A DNA stretch of 64,000 bases from Cyanophora paradoxa CCMP329 (taxonomy: Eukaryota > Plantae > Glaucophyta). Of this stretch, positions 46,321 through 59,527 are shown piece after piece (position 1 is the first letter of the stretch; the number at the start of each line of letters is the position of its first letter). The position numbers and the translations under genes are program-made. The notes below the pieces were generated by a model. That model did no database searches. It was not told the origin of the DNA and saw nothing but the letters and a program-made list of their open reading frames with translations. The DNA lies in the NCBI GenBank assembly GCA_004431415.1, contig QPMI01000236.1, forward strand, positions 1 through 64,000, read 5' to 3'.

Positions 46321-47333
46321 CTACTGTGGGCCAGGGTGCACTTCAATGAACTCCAGGCCTGCGTCGGCAAAGGTGCCGTCTGCAGATTAGCACAGACCGC
46401 AGCACGCGATAGGGCATGAGCGGGACCGCCCACGGGCCGGCCCCGCGCGCACCGTTGCCGTCGGGGTCGCGGAAGAAGCAGGCCCGGCGGCCGCTCCCCG
46501 AGAGACGGTGGGGTACGCCCTCCTCCAGCAGCACCTCCACCAGCGCGTCCAGGTCCGGGATCGCGAAGGCCCTGGGAGAGTTCGGGCTCGTGAAAAGAGG
46601 AGCGCACTCGGGAGCGCGTATGCGCACGTGTGGCGGTCCTCGCCGACGTAGGCGGGGCGGCCCTCCGTCGGGTCCACGTTAGGCATCTCGATCCTGCGGG
46701 CGCGCAGGCGCGCGGGCGCGCGGGCGTGAGGAGCCGCCGGGCACGGCGCGCACGGTCGGTCTTTAAGCCGGAGCTATAGCTAACGATGCGCATGCCCGGC
46801 GCCGCGCCCGGGCCCGAGCTAGGCACGCGCGTGCGCACAAGTGGATCGACAGGCCGCTGTTGTCGGGCGTTCCGAGCCACGCGCCGTTGTACTTGATCGT
46901 GCTTGGGCGGGAGTCCATCACGTAGAAGCCAAGCATCTGCGGGAAGAAGCCGGGGCGCCCGGCGCTTAGCGGACGCGGCCGGCGCGGCGGGGCGCGGCGG
47001 GGCCCGACCGTGTAGAAGTCGACGGAACGCTGCGTGTCGGCGGTCATGATGCTGACGTGGTGGAAGCTCGGCTGGATCGGGCGCAGCGAGCGGTGCGGCG
47101 CGCCGTCGGCGGCCGCGCGGAGCACGGGGACCGACGGGCCGGCTTCGAACGTCGCTGCATGGTGCCGCCTCGCCTGCGGAAGCGTGGACGCCGGCCTGCG
47201 CGGGGCGGGTCAAACGTTGCAGAAAGGCTGACGGGGCGGAGCGCGCTCACAAGGCGTGCCGGACATCTGCGCGCCACGCAAGGCCGCGCGCTGACACAAG
47301 GGCGGGCGCCGACGAGCAGAACAGGGCCATCAT
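46321..47333 (-). CDS. Glyoxalase/VOC family protein, probably plastid-targeted (spliced)
   Basis: Exons read FHHVSIMTADTQRSVDFYT / MLGF...NGAWL...IHL / MPNVDPTEGRPAYVGEDRHT / AFAIPDLD...SGSGRRACFFRDPDGN / LEFIEV. N-terminal extension begins MALFCSSAP. Confidence 0.88.
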
Positions 47334-47400
47334 CGATTTGCACGCGTACCCGGGGACGTCGGCAGAACTGCAGCCGACGCGGGCTAGGAGCACGCCGGCG

Positions 47401-50400
47401 ATGGCATTCGCGTCTGCAGGAGCGCCTGTGGTGGCGCGGGCCCGCGCGGCGCCTTGGACAGAGGCGCACGCGCAGCCGTGTGCTCCGCCCCGAAAGAGCC
47501 GCCGCCCCGCTCGCCAGCAGCAGCAGCTCAGGAGCTCGTTCCTGCCGTCGACGCGTCTCGCGGCGCCCCTGCGGCTGCCCTGCGGCCGTTCGGTCATTCG
47601 GCCAGGGCCGGCGCCGTCGACGGCGCCAAGGGCGAGCGCGGGCGGGTGCGTGCCCTCCCTACGTGCCACGTACGCCGAGTGCCGCCGCGCGCCGGGCCGC
47701 CGACGGTGCCGCGCGAAGGCCGCACTGGGAGACCCTCAAAGAGAGGCTCGGAGACATCCCAGTCACCGCGGACCCGGGTCAGGTCGCGCAAAAGTCCAAA
47801 GACTACTTCTGGTGCGACCCGAGCGCCCCGCGGCGGACCCGTGACCCGACGCTGACGCGCCGCTTCGAATTCCAGGTACTCGCCCATCTTGAAGGAGCAG
47901 CTGACGGGCAAGGTCGGAGACTTCGTCGCCGCCCCGCGGAACGAGGAGGAGGTGCGCCGCCCGCAGGGCGGTTCCCGCGCCCGCCGCGCCGACCGGCCGG
48001 CGCCGGCAGGTCATCCGCGTGCTGGACGCGTGCCGGCAGCTGCGGATCCCCGTCACGGCTCGCGGCTGGGGCACGGGCAACTACGGGCAGGCCGTGCCGC
48101 TCGCCCGAGGCTGCGTGCTTGACCTCTCGGGCCTGGACCGCCTGCTCTGGTGCAAGGACGGCGCGGCGCGCGTGCAGGCCGGCATGAAGCTCGTAGACCT
48201 CGAGGCGAGCGCGCGCGCACGCCCCTCCCTTCCTTCCTTCTCACCGACCGGCCCGGCAGGCCCAGACGGTGCCGCTGGGGTGGGAGCTGCGCTTCCACCC
48301 CTCCACGCGTCGCACGGCCTCGATTGGCGGATTCGTCGCCGGCGGTGCGGCCGCCGCTGCCGCCGGGGCCGGTCGAATGTGCCTCCAGCCTGATTCGAAC
48401 CCCCGCGCGCACATGCAGGCTCCGGCGGCGTTGGCTCCATCAACTACGGCGGCCTGCGGGACCCGGGGAACCTGAGGCGCGCCTGTATCCCCCCAAGCTG
48501 CCCGACCAGTTCCGCGCTGCGACCGCGTACCCCCTTAGGGCGCTGCGGGTCGTGACGATGGGTACCGCGGACGAGCCGCCGAAGGCCGTCGAGCTCCGGG
48601 GACCCGACTGCCTCAAGGTTGCCCACGCGTGCGCCGAAAACCCCGTACCCCCCTCTTGCTCCATCCCCCCTCGAAGCCCGGGTACAGGTACGGGACGAAC
48701 GGCATCATCACGGAGGTCGAGCTGCCCCTCGCGCCAGCCACGTGCGCAGACCCCTCCTTCCTCTTCTTCCCCCCGGAAGCGAAAGGGTCCCCGCCGGATT
48801 CGAGCCGGCGTCGGCGCGCAGGAAGTGGTCGGACGTGGTCTTCTCGTTCCCGGACCTGAACTCCGCCGTGCGTACCCGGACCCGGACCCAAACCCGATCC
48901 CCATAATCAAAATCAGAGCGACGTAGTCGACCTTCTAGCCCTCCACCTCGTCCTCCTTCTAAACGTCGGGCAGGTCGCGTTCGGGGAGCGGCTGGGGCGG
49001 GCGGACGGCGTCCGCAAGAAGCTCCTCTCCGTCCTCCCCGCCCCCCTCGCCAAGTACTTCCCCCAGGTCCGCCCCGCCCTCCCCCCCGCCCCCCCCCCCC
49101 CCCCCCCCGCCCCCCGCACCCCCTCCCCCCCCCCCCCCCCCCCCGCCCCGGCCTCAGGGCTTCCTCGCCTGCCTAGAGCACCCGAGCAGCGCCCGATCCC
49201 GACCCCGGCCCCGGCCCCGGCCCCGGCGCCTCTTTGTGTCTAGAGCCCGTTCCTCTCGGCAACGAGATTAGCGTCCGCTCGCTCGAGCTTATTCTCTCTA
49301 ACAATCCACCCCGCGGCCCGGCCCCAGCCCCGCCCCGGCCCTTCGCGGCGCCTCTCTGTGCCTCTGCCGCTACTCCGTCCGACCTCCGTGTGATCCCCGG
49401 GCAGCTCGCTCTGGACGCCTCCCGGGCGCACGTCTTCGCGATGCTCGAGGCCGGCGCCGAGCCCGACGCCCGCGCCCTCGCCGCCGCCTTCGACCAGGCC
49501 ACGGTCCGTCCGTGCCAGGATAGATGGATAGAAAGAGGCCACGGTTAGAGGACGGCTAGAGGAGAGGCTAGAGGGGAGAGGCGGGCACGCTTAGTGCTCT
49601 CCAGGGCCACGGTCCGTGTCAGGATAGAAACGAGGGAGCTAGATCCCCAGCTAGGAGCGGGTGTGGCGGAGGCGCTAGGCGAGCTCCCGTTCTAGAAGCG
49701 GCGGCGTCCCCCGTACTCTCGCCTACGCCTAAGTGCGCGCACCTCGCCGACGCCTTCGACCAGGCCACGGTCCGTGTCAGCGGCTAGAGGACGGCTAGAG
49801 GAGAGGCTAGAGGGGACACCGCCCGCTTTGGCGGGCACGCTTAGTGCTCTCCACCGCCCTTTCACCGTCAAATCTCGTCCCGCCCGCGCCCGCGCCGCCC
49901 CCTTCCACGGCGCCCGGGCCCGCCCCTTTCCCGCTCCCCTTCCCTTTCTTTATTGAAAGGGGCGGCAGGTGGAGCGGTGCGGGCCGACCCCGGGGGACGA
50001 CGCCCGCGGGGCCCTGCCCCTCTTCGAGTTCGGTACCCCCCTTCTCTTTGCTCTTCGCCCTCGGCCCGGGCTGACGCGGCGCGCCCCGCCCACCCCGCAG
50101 CCTGGAACCACACGACACTGCACGCCCTTAAGGCGCGCCGGCGCTAAAATTAAAAACGGAGCCGTTCTATTCCGTACCGTCGCCCCTGACTCTACCCCCC
50201 CCCCCCCACTCCCCGCAGTACGACAAGGACGTGACGTACCTGCAGTCGTTCTTCCCCCCCGGGGACCTCCCCTCCAAGGCGGGCTGTACCCCCTTCCTCG
50301 ACCGTCGCGCCCCCTTCTGAGGCGGCGTACCCCTCCAGGTGGCTGAGATGGAGGCCCTGTTCAAGGACGAGGTGTACCCTCACCTCGAGTTCGCCCGCGT

Positions 50401-53400
50401 CGACGTGCGCGCCGTACCCCCCTGCACCCCTCCGTACCCCGTACCCCTCGAGCCGCCTCGGGGGGTAGGGCCAGCTTGCGTGCTTCGGGCTGCAGCTGGT
50501 GCGGTACACGACCGCCGCCCGTCTGCAGGAGATCATCGACGCCCACGAGCGCGTGCGCGTACCCCCCTCCCCGCCGAGCGAGTACCCCTGACCGGCGCGA
50601 TTCCGTACCCCTCCGCAGGCCGGCGTCACGGTCTTCAACCCGCACACGTACCTCTTGGAGGACGGGGGGATGAAGCAGGCGAGTTCCTTGAGGGGGTACG
50701 CGCGTCCCGCGGTCCATGCCGACTGCGGGGGTACGCAGGTGGACGAGGAGCAGCTGGGGTACAAGCTCGAGGCCGACCCCCTAGGCCTGTTGGTGCGCGG
50801 GCCCGGACCGCTCTACCCCCCCCCCCCCTCCACATGTCCAGTGCGAGCTCTGTACCCCCCAGAACCCCGGCAAGATGCGGGCGTGGGAAGAGCGGTACGG
50901 GTCCGCGGCGCCGCCCCCTCCCCCGGCCCCCGTCAGGTCGCCCACCGCGTACCCCTCCCCTCCCCGACTCGCCTCCCTCTTACCCCGCCCCGCCCCACCC
51001 CGGCGCGGCGCCCGCAGCACGGCGGCCGACCCCTCCTTCACGCTCTTCGCCTCGCCTGCCGCCCCCGCCCCCGCCGCCGCAGCAGCAGCCGGCGCGAAGC
51101 AGCAGCAGGCGTCTTCCTCCTCCTCCTCGTCCTCGTCCGCCCCCGCGCCCATCCCCGGCTTCGAGGCGATGCACCGGGGCGGCCGCCGCCGCTGGCGCTG
51201 GGAGGCCCGCCCCCCCTCCCCACCCCTCCACCCCACCCCTCCCTCCCCTCCCCTCCCCCACCCCGCCCCTGACGCCCCGGCAGGAGTTCACGACGCGGGA
51301 GTTCCACGAGATGGACATGGCTCGCGCCGTTGCCGTCATCCCGGTGCCCGCCCAGCCTTGCCGGCCCCGCCCGATTTCCTTCCGATTTCCTTCCGGCCCC
51401 GCCCGATTTCCTTCCGATTTCCGATTTCTCCGCCCCGCTAGCCCCGCCCCGCCCCCTTCGTCCGCATCCGCCCCGCCCGCCCGCCCCATCCGACGTGCCC
51501 CTCCGCTCTGCCCGGCAGGTGGGTGCCGTGGAGCAGCACGGGCCGCACCTCCCCGTCGCCGTCGACGCCCTTCTCGCCACACGCTCCCTCGATCGCGCCC
51601 TCGAGGCTCGCTTGGTTTTGCTTTGGTTCTGCAGCAGGCTTGCTTGCTTCGGTTCGAGAAGCTCGCGCGCAGGTGGCGGGGGAGGCCTGGGGCGTGCCCC
51701 TCCTCGCGCTGCCCCCCGTCTGCGTCGGCAAGTCCAACGAGGTCCGATCCGCCCCACCCCACCCCTCCCCGAAGCTCGAGCTTCCGCTGCTTCAAGAAGC
51801 AAGCATCTTAAGACAAGTTCGATGACTTGCTAGCTCGAGCTCGCTTCGGATGCCGCTCTTCCTTTGAAGAAGCATCTTCAAAGGAAGAAACTTCGCGAGC
51901 TTCCAGCGGCTGCGCCGCCTGATCGATCGTGAGCGCCGCGCGCAGCACGCGGCGTTCGCGGGGACGCTGACGCTCTCGGCGGAGACCCTGACGCGGCTCC
52001 TCACGGACCTCGTCGAGTCCGTCCACCGCGCCGGTACCCCCCCGCCTCCGCTCCCGCCCCAGCCCGGCTAGCTAAGTACCCCTTCGAGCTCGAGCTCCAG
52101 CTCGCGGGCTTGATCTCGAGCTGGACCTAGCTATAGGATCTTGGGCTTAAGCTTGCGCTCGAGCCCGTGTCCTTGCCGGGCGGCCGGCCCTCCGCCTGAA
52201 GCCCCCCGCGCAGGCGTCCGGAAGGTCGTCCTCCTCAACTCGCACGGCGGCCAGCCCCAGGTCCCCCGCCCCCGGCCCTGGCCCCGGCCCCGGCCCCGGC
52301 CCCTTAGCCCCCGGCCCCCGGCCCCGGCTCCCGGTCCCCGGCCCTGGCCCTCGACCTAGCCTGCTAACGAGACTGGAGCTTAGAGCTCGAGCATCCCCGA
52401 ACCGTCCTTAGCTGCCCTCAACTCGCATCCAGAGCTTTTACTGCCGCTCCCTCGATCGCGTCGAGCCAGCCTCTTACGTCCGCGCCCCGCGCGCCCTCGG
52501 CGGCAGGTGCTGGACATCGTGGCGCGGGACGCCCGCCAGCGCCTCTCCATGCTCGTCGTCCGGTGCGCCGCGTGCCCGCCCGCCAGCCCGGCCCGCGGAT
52601 CCCTTCTTCTTTCTCCCTCTCTGCCGCTTCCGTCCGATTGCGGGCCGCAGGTGCAACGTGTACGCCATGTGGGCGACCGACAAGCTCTGGTGCGACCCTA
52701 GCTAAAAATAACTGAGGGCGGTGCCAGGCCGGGCCTCACGCGCGCTCGCCGCCGATCGCACACAGGCCGCCGGAGGAGGTCAGGTGGGGCATCCACGGGG
52801 GCGGTATTGAGACCTCGATCATGCTCCACCTCCGCCCGGGTGCGCCCTGGGCTTGAAGCTGGATCCAGATCTGTGCAAGGGAGATCGCATCGTCTAGAAC
52901 TCCTGCCTTCTCTTACGCGGAGGCCTCCGGTTCCGCAGACCTGGTGCAGATGGAGCACGCGCGGGACTTCCGCAGCCGCGGGCGCGACCGCCACGCCGGC
53001 GACCGGTGCGGCCTTTAACTTGGACCTTCGATCTCTGCGATCCGGGTCGAGCTGAAGCGTCCCCCTCCTCCAGGTGGCTCCACCCGCACTCCTCCATCGG
53101 CTACGGGTGGCTCACCCAGGACCTGAGCCCCGTGCGCCATACGCTCTAATTTCTGACCCGCGCCGGGCCACATCATCATCATCATCATACCGCTGAGCTC
53201 TAAGCAGGATGGCGCGATCGGAGACGCGACCGACGCCGACGCCGGTCAGGGCCGACTCCCCGTTCAAATTTCACAATTAAGAGGCTCTGATATCGATACG
53301 CTATCATTCTATTTATTAAGAGACTTTAAAGAGACTCGCTATTTATTACAATATTATATAAAGATACGCTATGGGCTGACTGGGCGGCGCCCCGCCGGCG

Positions 53401-53711
53401 TGTCTGCGCTGCGGTCGCGTGCAGAGCGGGGGCGGGCGGTGCTGGAGCAGAGCGCGAGGGACCTCGTCACGTTCTTTGAGGAGGTACCCCCCTCCCCCCC
53501 CACCCCCCACCCCACCCCCATCGCCCTCGCGGCTGACGCGCTCATGATCGCCCCTACGCCCCCGCCCGCCCCCCCCCCCCCCCCCCGCCCCCTCGCCCCC
53601 CGCCCCCGCCCTCCGCCCCCGCAGGTGCACCGGTTCGACGTGGGGGCCCTGGAGGCGGGTACTGCCTTCTCGGACCTCGGCGGCGCCTACCGCGACCCCG
53701 GGCTCGACTGA
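47401..53711 (+). CDS. Plastid-targeted fusion: FAD-binding (PCMH/GlcD-like) oxidoreductase + creatininase/amidohydrolase family (multi-exon)
   Basis: Transit-like MAFASA...RSSFL. Oxidoreductase motifs: SKDYFWYSPIL, ARGWGTGNYGQAVP, HPSTRRTASIGGFVAGG, AYGTNGIITEVE, FNPHTYLLEDGG and DPLGLLNPGKM. After an Ala/Ser linker come creatininase motifs: PVGAVEQHGPHLP, GKSNEH..FAGTL, NSHGGQ, IHGGGIETS and GWLTQDL. Confidence 0.85.
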
Positions 53712-54049
53712 CGCGCCCCGGCTGAGCTGGGGCCGGCTCATGGCCATGGCCAGCCCCGTCCGAACCCGCTTTGATGGCTGTAGTTGCCGGCGCCTCAGGG
53801 GGCCAGCGCGCAGCAAGACAGCCTGGCAGAAGACGCTCAGAGTTCGGATATCGATAGAATATTCAATTACGAATTCAATATGATTTAGCTTCCACTTCGT
53901 GCCAGGCATACTCTTCGAGCTTCGTCACTGCCTGCGCGAAGTACGTATACTAGTCAGAAGCCATGATAGATAAACAAAAATAAATTCAGAAGCAGTTATT
54001 ATGCTCGAAATACAAATTAAAGGCAGGTATTATAATGCATATGCATCAC

Positions 54050-56180
54050 AGGAACCTCGCGCGCACCCGGCCGTGCGTTTGAATTCGATGCCAGCGGCCG
54101 CGAGCGCGTCGCGGAGCGCTTGCGCGCACCAGCGGGCCCAGAACGGCCCGCGCGCCACCTCGCGGATGTCTTCTTTCAGCCCCACGAGCCGCTCCCCGAT
54201 CTGCGCGCGCGTGCGCGCGCCGCCGCCTGCTTAAGCTTGATACCGCCGGCCGGCCGCGTGCGGCTTCGTTTCTCCGTCGTTGCCTTTTATATTATCTGGA
54301 CGGACCTGCTCGAAGCTCTCGTGCAAGCCGTCGCCGTGTCGGGAAGCCTGCGGGCGCGCCGATGCCCCTCAGCCGCCTTGCTTTGCATATTATCTGGAAG
54401 GGTCCGTATATAATCTAGATCGCATGCGCATTGCATTTTTCTAGAGGCGCGCGCCTAGGCCTTGCGCCTCCACCGCTCGCCGCTATTATAATTATATACG
54501 TTCAGGAAACGGCGCTTCCCCGCCGTCCATTCATCGCCTTGTGTTTAAGATCTAGAGTTTCTCGGCAGGGCCAGACAGCGCTAAAATTTCGAAATCGAAT
54601 CTTCGGGCCACGTGCACGGCCGGGGGCCGTGCCGGGCGCCGGGGCTCGCGCACGTGCTCGAGCGCCACGTCGAGCAGAGCGGCCTCGGAGTCGAGCTCCT
54701 CCTGGTGCGCCGAGAGCCGCGAGAGGCGGAAGAGCGCCTCGCCCCGCGCCAGGCCCCCTCGCTCCGCGTCCCGCAGCAGCGCCTCCCGCTCGCGCTTCAG
54801 ATCCTATCGAAATCGACGCGTCACGAAAACGGCAAAGGGAAATTCAAAGGTCTAGACTCAAGCTTAAGTTTATAATTTCATCAAATTCTTTCTCAACATT
54901 GTTTCTCAGAAGTCAGGTGGGGCGAAATTAAATCTCCACCAAGCCTCGAGCGAAGTCCGCGGGACTGGGAAATCAAACGTCTAGGATTGCGCATGCAGAT
55001 GCATATGCATATGCATCGTGGTAATCTCGGACCTTCACATACACGCGCAGACGATTCAAGGTGGCCTCGGCGGCTTTTACTCCGCGCTTCAAATCGCCCA
55101 ACTCGCGCCTGCGGGAATCTAGATCTCGGATCCGGAACTCGAAGCTTTGAGTTTATAGTGAAAATGGGAAGAACTGCAACGCTCAAGTCGGAATGGGAAT
55201 CGCGCACTGGGAATCGTTGGATTCCTCGTCCAGCGCCTCCGCAGTTGCCTTGAGGGCCGCCATCTCAAGGTACCAGTGCGCGACGCTGGTGAAGAGCGGG
55301 GCGTAGATAGCCACCCGGATTTCGATCGGCACCGGAACGAAATCAACCAGAAAAGCCGCAAGGATCGTCAGAGTCAGTGCGGGATCGATGTTCTCGATTT
55401 TGTGCAGCGCAGATCTAAGCTGAAAGCGAAGCGTGCTCAAGCTCCCGCCGCCTCCGTTATCCTCCAACATCGCGCGCGGCTGCAGAGGCAGAGACAAGAA
55501 CTCCAGATCGGATCCGAACTCCTTGCCGCTAGGCCCCTGAGGCCTATTGCCTTCGAAATTCCCGCCGGGCTGAGGGGCCAGGGCTCGCAAGCCGTCGCGC
55601 CTGTGAAATTCCTCGGCCGCTGGTCCCCTTCCGAGTGCCGTGACGCGCCACGTCCATCTAGATCTGCAGATCGTAGTTAGAATACAGTAATATGTGCGAA
55701 TTCGAAGTTCCGCGAGTGCGAAAATGTGCGAAATGTACACTGATCGCGGGGATCCGGAATGCGAATTCAGAATTACCGTGCGCTTGAGTGTGGTTCCACC
55801 GCGCCCAGCACGTGCACCGGCGTAGCAGCTGCAGGCGCGAAAATGCCGAAATCGTGGCTGACGCGACGTCGACTGGCTCGAGGCTGGGCGCGGGTCGAAG
55901 TCGGCGCGAAAGAGCCGGCCGCGGCCGCGAAATGCCTGCGAGAAGCTTAAGCTGAAGGATCGGGCGATCGAGCCAGAATATAACACCAATCACGCATGCG
56001 CACGCATCAGATCTCTCGTCGGCGTCGTCGCGATCGGCGTCGATGGCAGGCAATGCCGGCGCCGAGCGGGCGAAACGCGGGCCGGAGATCGAGAGCGCCC
56101 CGCCGAACACGAAGCTTAAGCCCGTCCTGAGGCGCGCCATTGCGACGGCGTGCGCCCTCCACGAATGAAGTGCCACTAGC
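54050..56180 (-). CDS. Hypothetical spliced gene (boundaries uncertain)
   Basis: GC-rich coding-like minus-strand blocks (about 54050-54230, 54650-54810, 55200-55500 with hydrophobic LTILAAFLVDFVPVP, and 56010-56170) separated by AT-richer spacers. Confidence 0.3.
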
Positions 56181-56597
56181 TATAGCGTCTCTAGAACTCC
56201 TTAAGCTTCGAATTCGAATTCTCCTCTTTATAGCTCCTCTCGAGCTTTGTTTTCTTGTATCTGCTTGCATGCATATATATATATATGCACATGCATGCGC
56301 AGCCGGCATATATATGGGGGCCGATCGCGAGCTCGAGGAGCTCGAGCTAGAGGCGGTCGCGAAGAAATTTAATTTTCGCGCGAAGAGTACTAGCTATAGC
56401 TGGGATGGCGATCGAGAGGAGAGGAGCTCCTGAGGGCAATAATTAATTCGCGGGGATGGCAATTTGCGAAAACCCGCAAAACCTGCGCCAGTGACCTGCA
56501 GCTGGTGCGCGCTCCGCGCTTCCCCCGCGCGCCTGTGCATTATTTGATTGCGCTCATATGCGTATTTCGCAATCGTAGCATTGATCTGCCGCGAAAT

Positions 56598-59527
56598 ATG
56601 GAGAGGAGACGATCCAAGCGGCTTCGCAAAGAAGCTCCGACGTGCGCGCCGCGATGCGCGATTTCGCGATTGCTGTAGACGTCGACTTCGGCACTGATTT
56701 AATTTGCGGCCCGCACGATCAGAGACGCCGCGGGCGGTGCGCCCGAGCTCTCGGCGCTCGAAGCGCTGCACCCGGACGCGCTGGAGGCGGTGCTGCTGCG
56801 CCTCGGGCTCGTCGAGGCGTGGCGGAGCCTGCGGCCGGTCAGCAGGGCGATGCGCGCGGCGGTCGATCGCGTGGTGGCGTGGCCGGCGCTGCGGCTCAAG
56901 GCGGACACCGTCGAAAAGCTCCAGCTGGCAGCAGCACGCTTCGCTCGTGATCAGCCGCGCCAGAGGAGGCGCGCACGTGTGCAAGTGCCTCGTATTACGC
57001 TGGCCGCCGGCGCCGCGATTGAATTGATCACCTGGATCGATGACGACGGCCAGCGTCTTGTGTGCGAAAAGAGCCTCGAGGCCATTTCGTCCCTGTTTTC
57101 CGCCTGCTCGGCGTCCAGCGGGAGCGGCGGCAGCGTCGGCAGCATCTCTCTTACGCTCGACATAAGCTCCTCAATGAAGGAACAATTCAAGGCGCAAGCC
57201 GGTGTGGCACTTGTGTCGGTGATCAATGAGACCCAGCGCTTCATTCCAGCCATGCTCGAGCCGCTGAGCAGCCCCGAGGCGGAGGGCGGCAGCCGCCACT
57301 CGCTCAAGAGCGTCGGCGTCCAGCTGAAATGGAGCATGTTCGCCATCCAGATGCCAAATGACATCGTTCAGCTTCTGTCACGCTTCCCGCGCCTCGAGCG
57401 GCTGGAGCCGCTGCAGCCATACGTGCTGGACAACGTCGCCTCTGCCATTCCAGCCTTGCTGCCCGCGCTGCGTTCCGCATTCGTTAGGTTCAGCGACGGC
57501 GCGGCACTCGCCCGCCTCGCCTCGCACCCTGCGCTCGAGGAGCTGAGCGTGTCGACCACGGGGAGGCACGAGGGGGACAGTCGCGGACCCGCGAGCGGTT
57601 TCGACGCCTTCGCGGCGGGCCCAGTCGCTTCTCGCCTGCGAAAGCTGAAGATAACCTTGTGCGCATGCATATGCCCCATCTCCAATTCATTTCGAACCTG
57701 CTGCGATCCGATACATTTATCGATATCCTTCAATGTTTTGGCTGCAGCTGACCCCGCAGCGCACGCAGCAGCAGCGGGTCCGAGCCGGAGTTCAACATCG
57801 CGGATCTCCCCTCGCTGCGCCGCCTCACCTCTCTTGAGGCGCTGGAGCTCAACGTCGATTTGTGCCATAACGTTCGCTCTCTTTCTTATAAATAATTCGC
57901 TATTAACACCGGCTGCATATGGGCGGATCCTAAACCAGGAGCAAGACGAAGGCGCTGCGGAGACCCTGGAATCGGCCGTGCTGCTTTTTTCGCGCATGGA
58001 CGAGTACCTTGCGGGCATGCAGCGGCTCCGCACGCTCGACCTCGGCGTTCGCTTTGACAGCAAGAATGCCAAGCACATCCAGGCCATCGCCCGCCCCTTC
58101 CCCGCCCTCTGCGAACGCTACCCGGTCGAATTCAACTGCCGCCTCGGCGTTGGCAACCGTGCGTGATTCGCTTCGCGAACTCTCTAGATTCTATAATTAT
58201 ATATATGAAATCCGTGCTCTAAATGAAATCCTAGTCTTGTTATAAAATACTCTAGACTCTAGACTCTATAAATCCTCGCTTCGCTTCGCGAATTATATCC
58301 TGCATTACTGCGAATTTTATTTCCTTGCAGCGTTCATGAATTTGGACGACGACTCGAAGCCCGAAGTGGACTCTGCGCTCGCGGAGCTGCTTCGCGCCGC
58401 GGGGACCTCCCTGGTCGTACTCTCGGGAGGAATTACGCGCGGAGAGGCGTTCTCCGCCCTCGCCGACTGCCCGCGGCTGCGAGAACTGCGCCTGCTCGAC
58501 AAGCTGGGCAACCCCAAACAAGTCGACTCGCGCTGGCGGCCCCAGCCGCCAGACTGGCTCGCGCGGGGCGACCACGAGACCCTTGCAAGGCTGCGCCGGC
58601 TGCGCAAGCTCGACCTCGAATTTATTTACGCTGGGCGCCTTGGCCCGGCGCACCTGCGCTGCCTCGCCCGCTCCCTCACAGAGCTCTGCGCGCACTCCCT
58701 CGCCGAACTCCACCTCAAGATTTGTGCGTGCAAGCTGCTTTCTTTCTATCTGCTTTCTTTCTCGTGCCGCCCAATGATATTCAATATTGCAAACACGCGA
58801 TCGTGCCGCCAAATTCAAGCACTCGCGATCGTGCCGCCAAATTAATTATATTGCAACCCGCCGCGACCCGCCGCTTTCTGAGATTATAAATTAAGCTTAA
58901 GATTCAAGCACTAGCTATATAGTGCAGCGCAATTAAATTGCAACCCGCCTCGACCCGCTCGCCCTCACTCTAAATCTCGCTCTCGCTCGCGATTGCCGCG
59001 GCCCTGCAGTCACGGAGGACGAGGCGGGCGTGGACGCGGCGCTCGCGGAGCTGCTTCGGGCGGCGGCGCCGGTGCTCGTCGAGCTCATCGTCGGCGCGGC
59101 GGTGCTCAAAGGGGAGGCCGCGACCGCGCTGGCCGCCTGCCCGCGCCTCAAGCGGGTGGATCTGCTCGAGCCCGGTGTCCCCGACACGCCCTGGGAGCCC
59201 GTCCCGGTCGCCGAGGCGGTGGACGTGCTCGCGGCGTGCCCCACCGTCGAAGCGATCTTGGGCCTCATCGTGCCCTTCAGCAGCGAGCGGGAGGCATCGG
59301 AGCTGGTCGAGCCGCTGCGCCGCCTCGCGACCTCCCGTGCCTTCGACAGCCCCAGCTGCTTTTTCATTCTCCGGCCAGGCGGGAGGCTCCGCGGCGAGCG
59401 GCTGGAAAAGGCTGTGAACCTCGCGATGGAGCTCGTCCTCGCCGCCTTCCCGAGGGCGGCAGTCGAGACCCCGGAGGGAATTTACATTCACCCTTACTTC
59501 CTTCCTGGCGGCCGGTATAGGTACTAG
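56598..59527 (+). CDS. F-box-like / leucine-rich-repeat protein, tandem copy 1 (spliced)
   Basis: MERRRSKRLR start; F-box-like LEALHPDALEAVLLRLGLVEAWRSLRPVSRAMRAAV; LRRs such as FPRLERLEP, HPALEELSV, CPRLRELRL and CPRLKRVDL. Confidence 0.72.
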
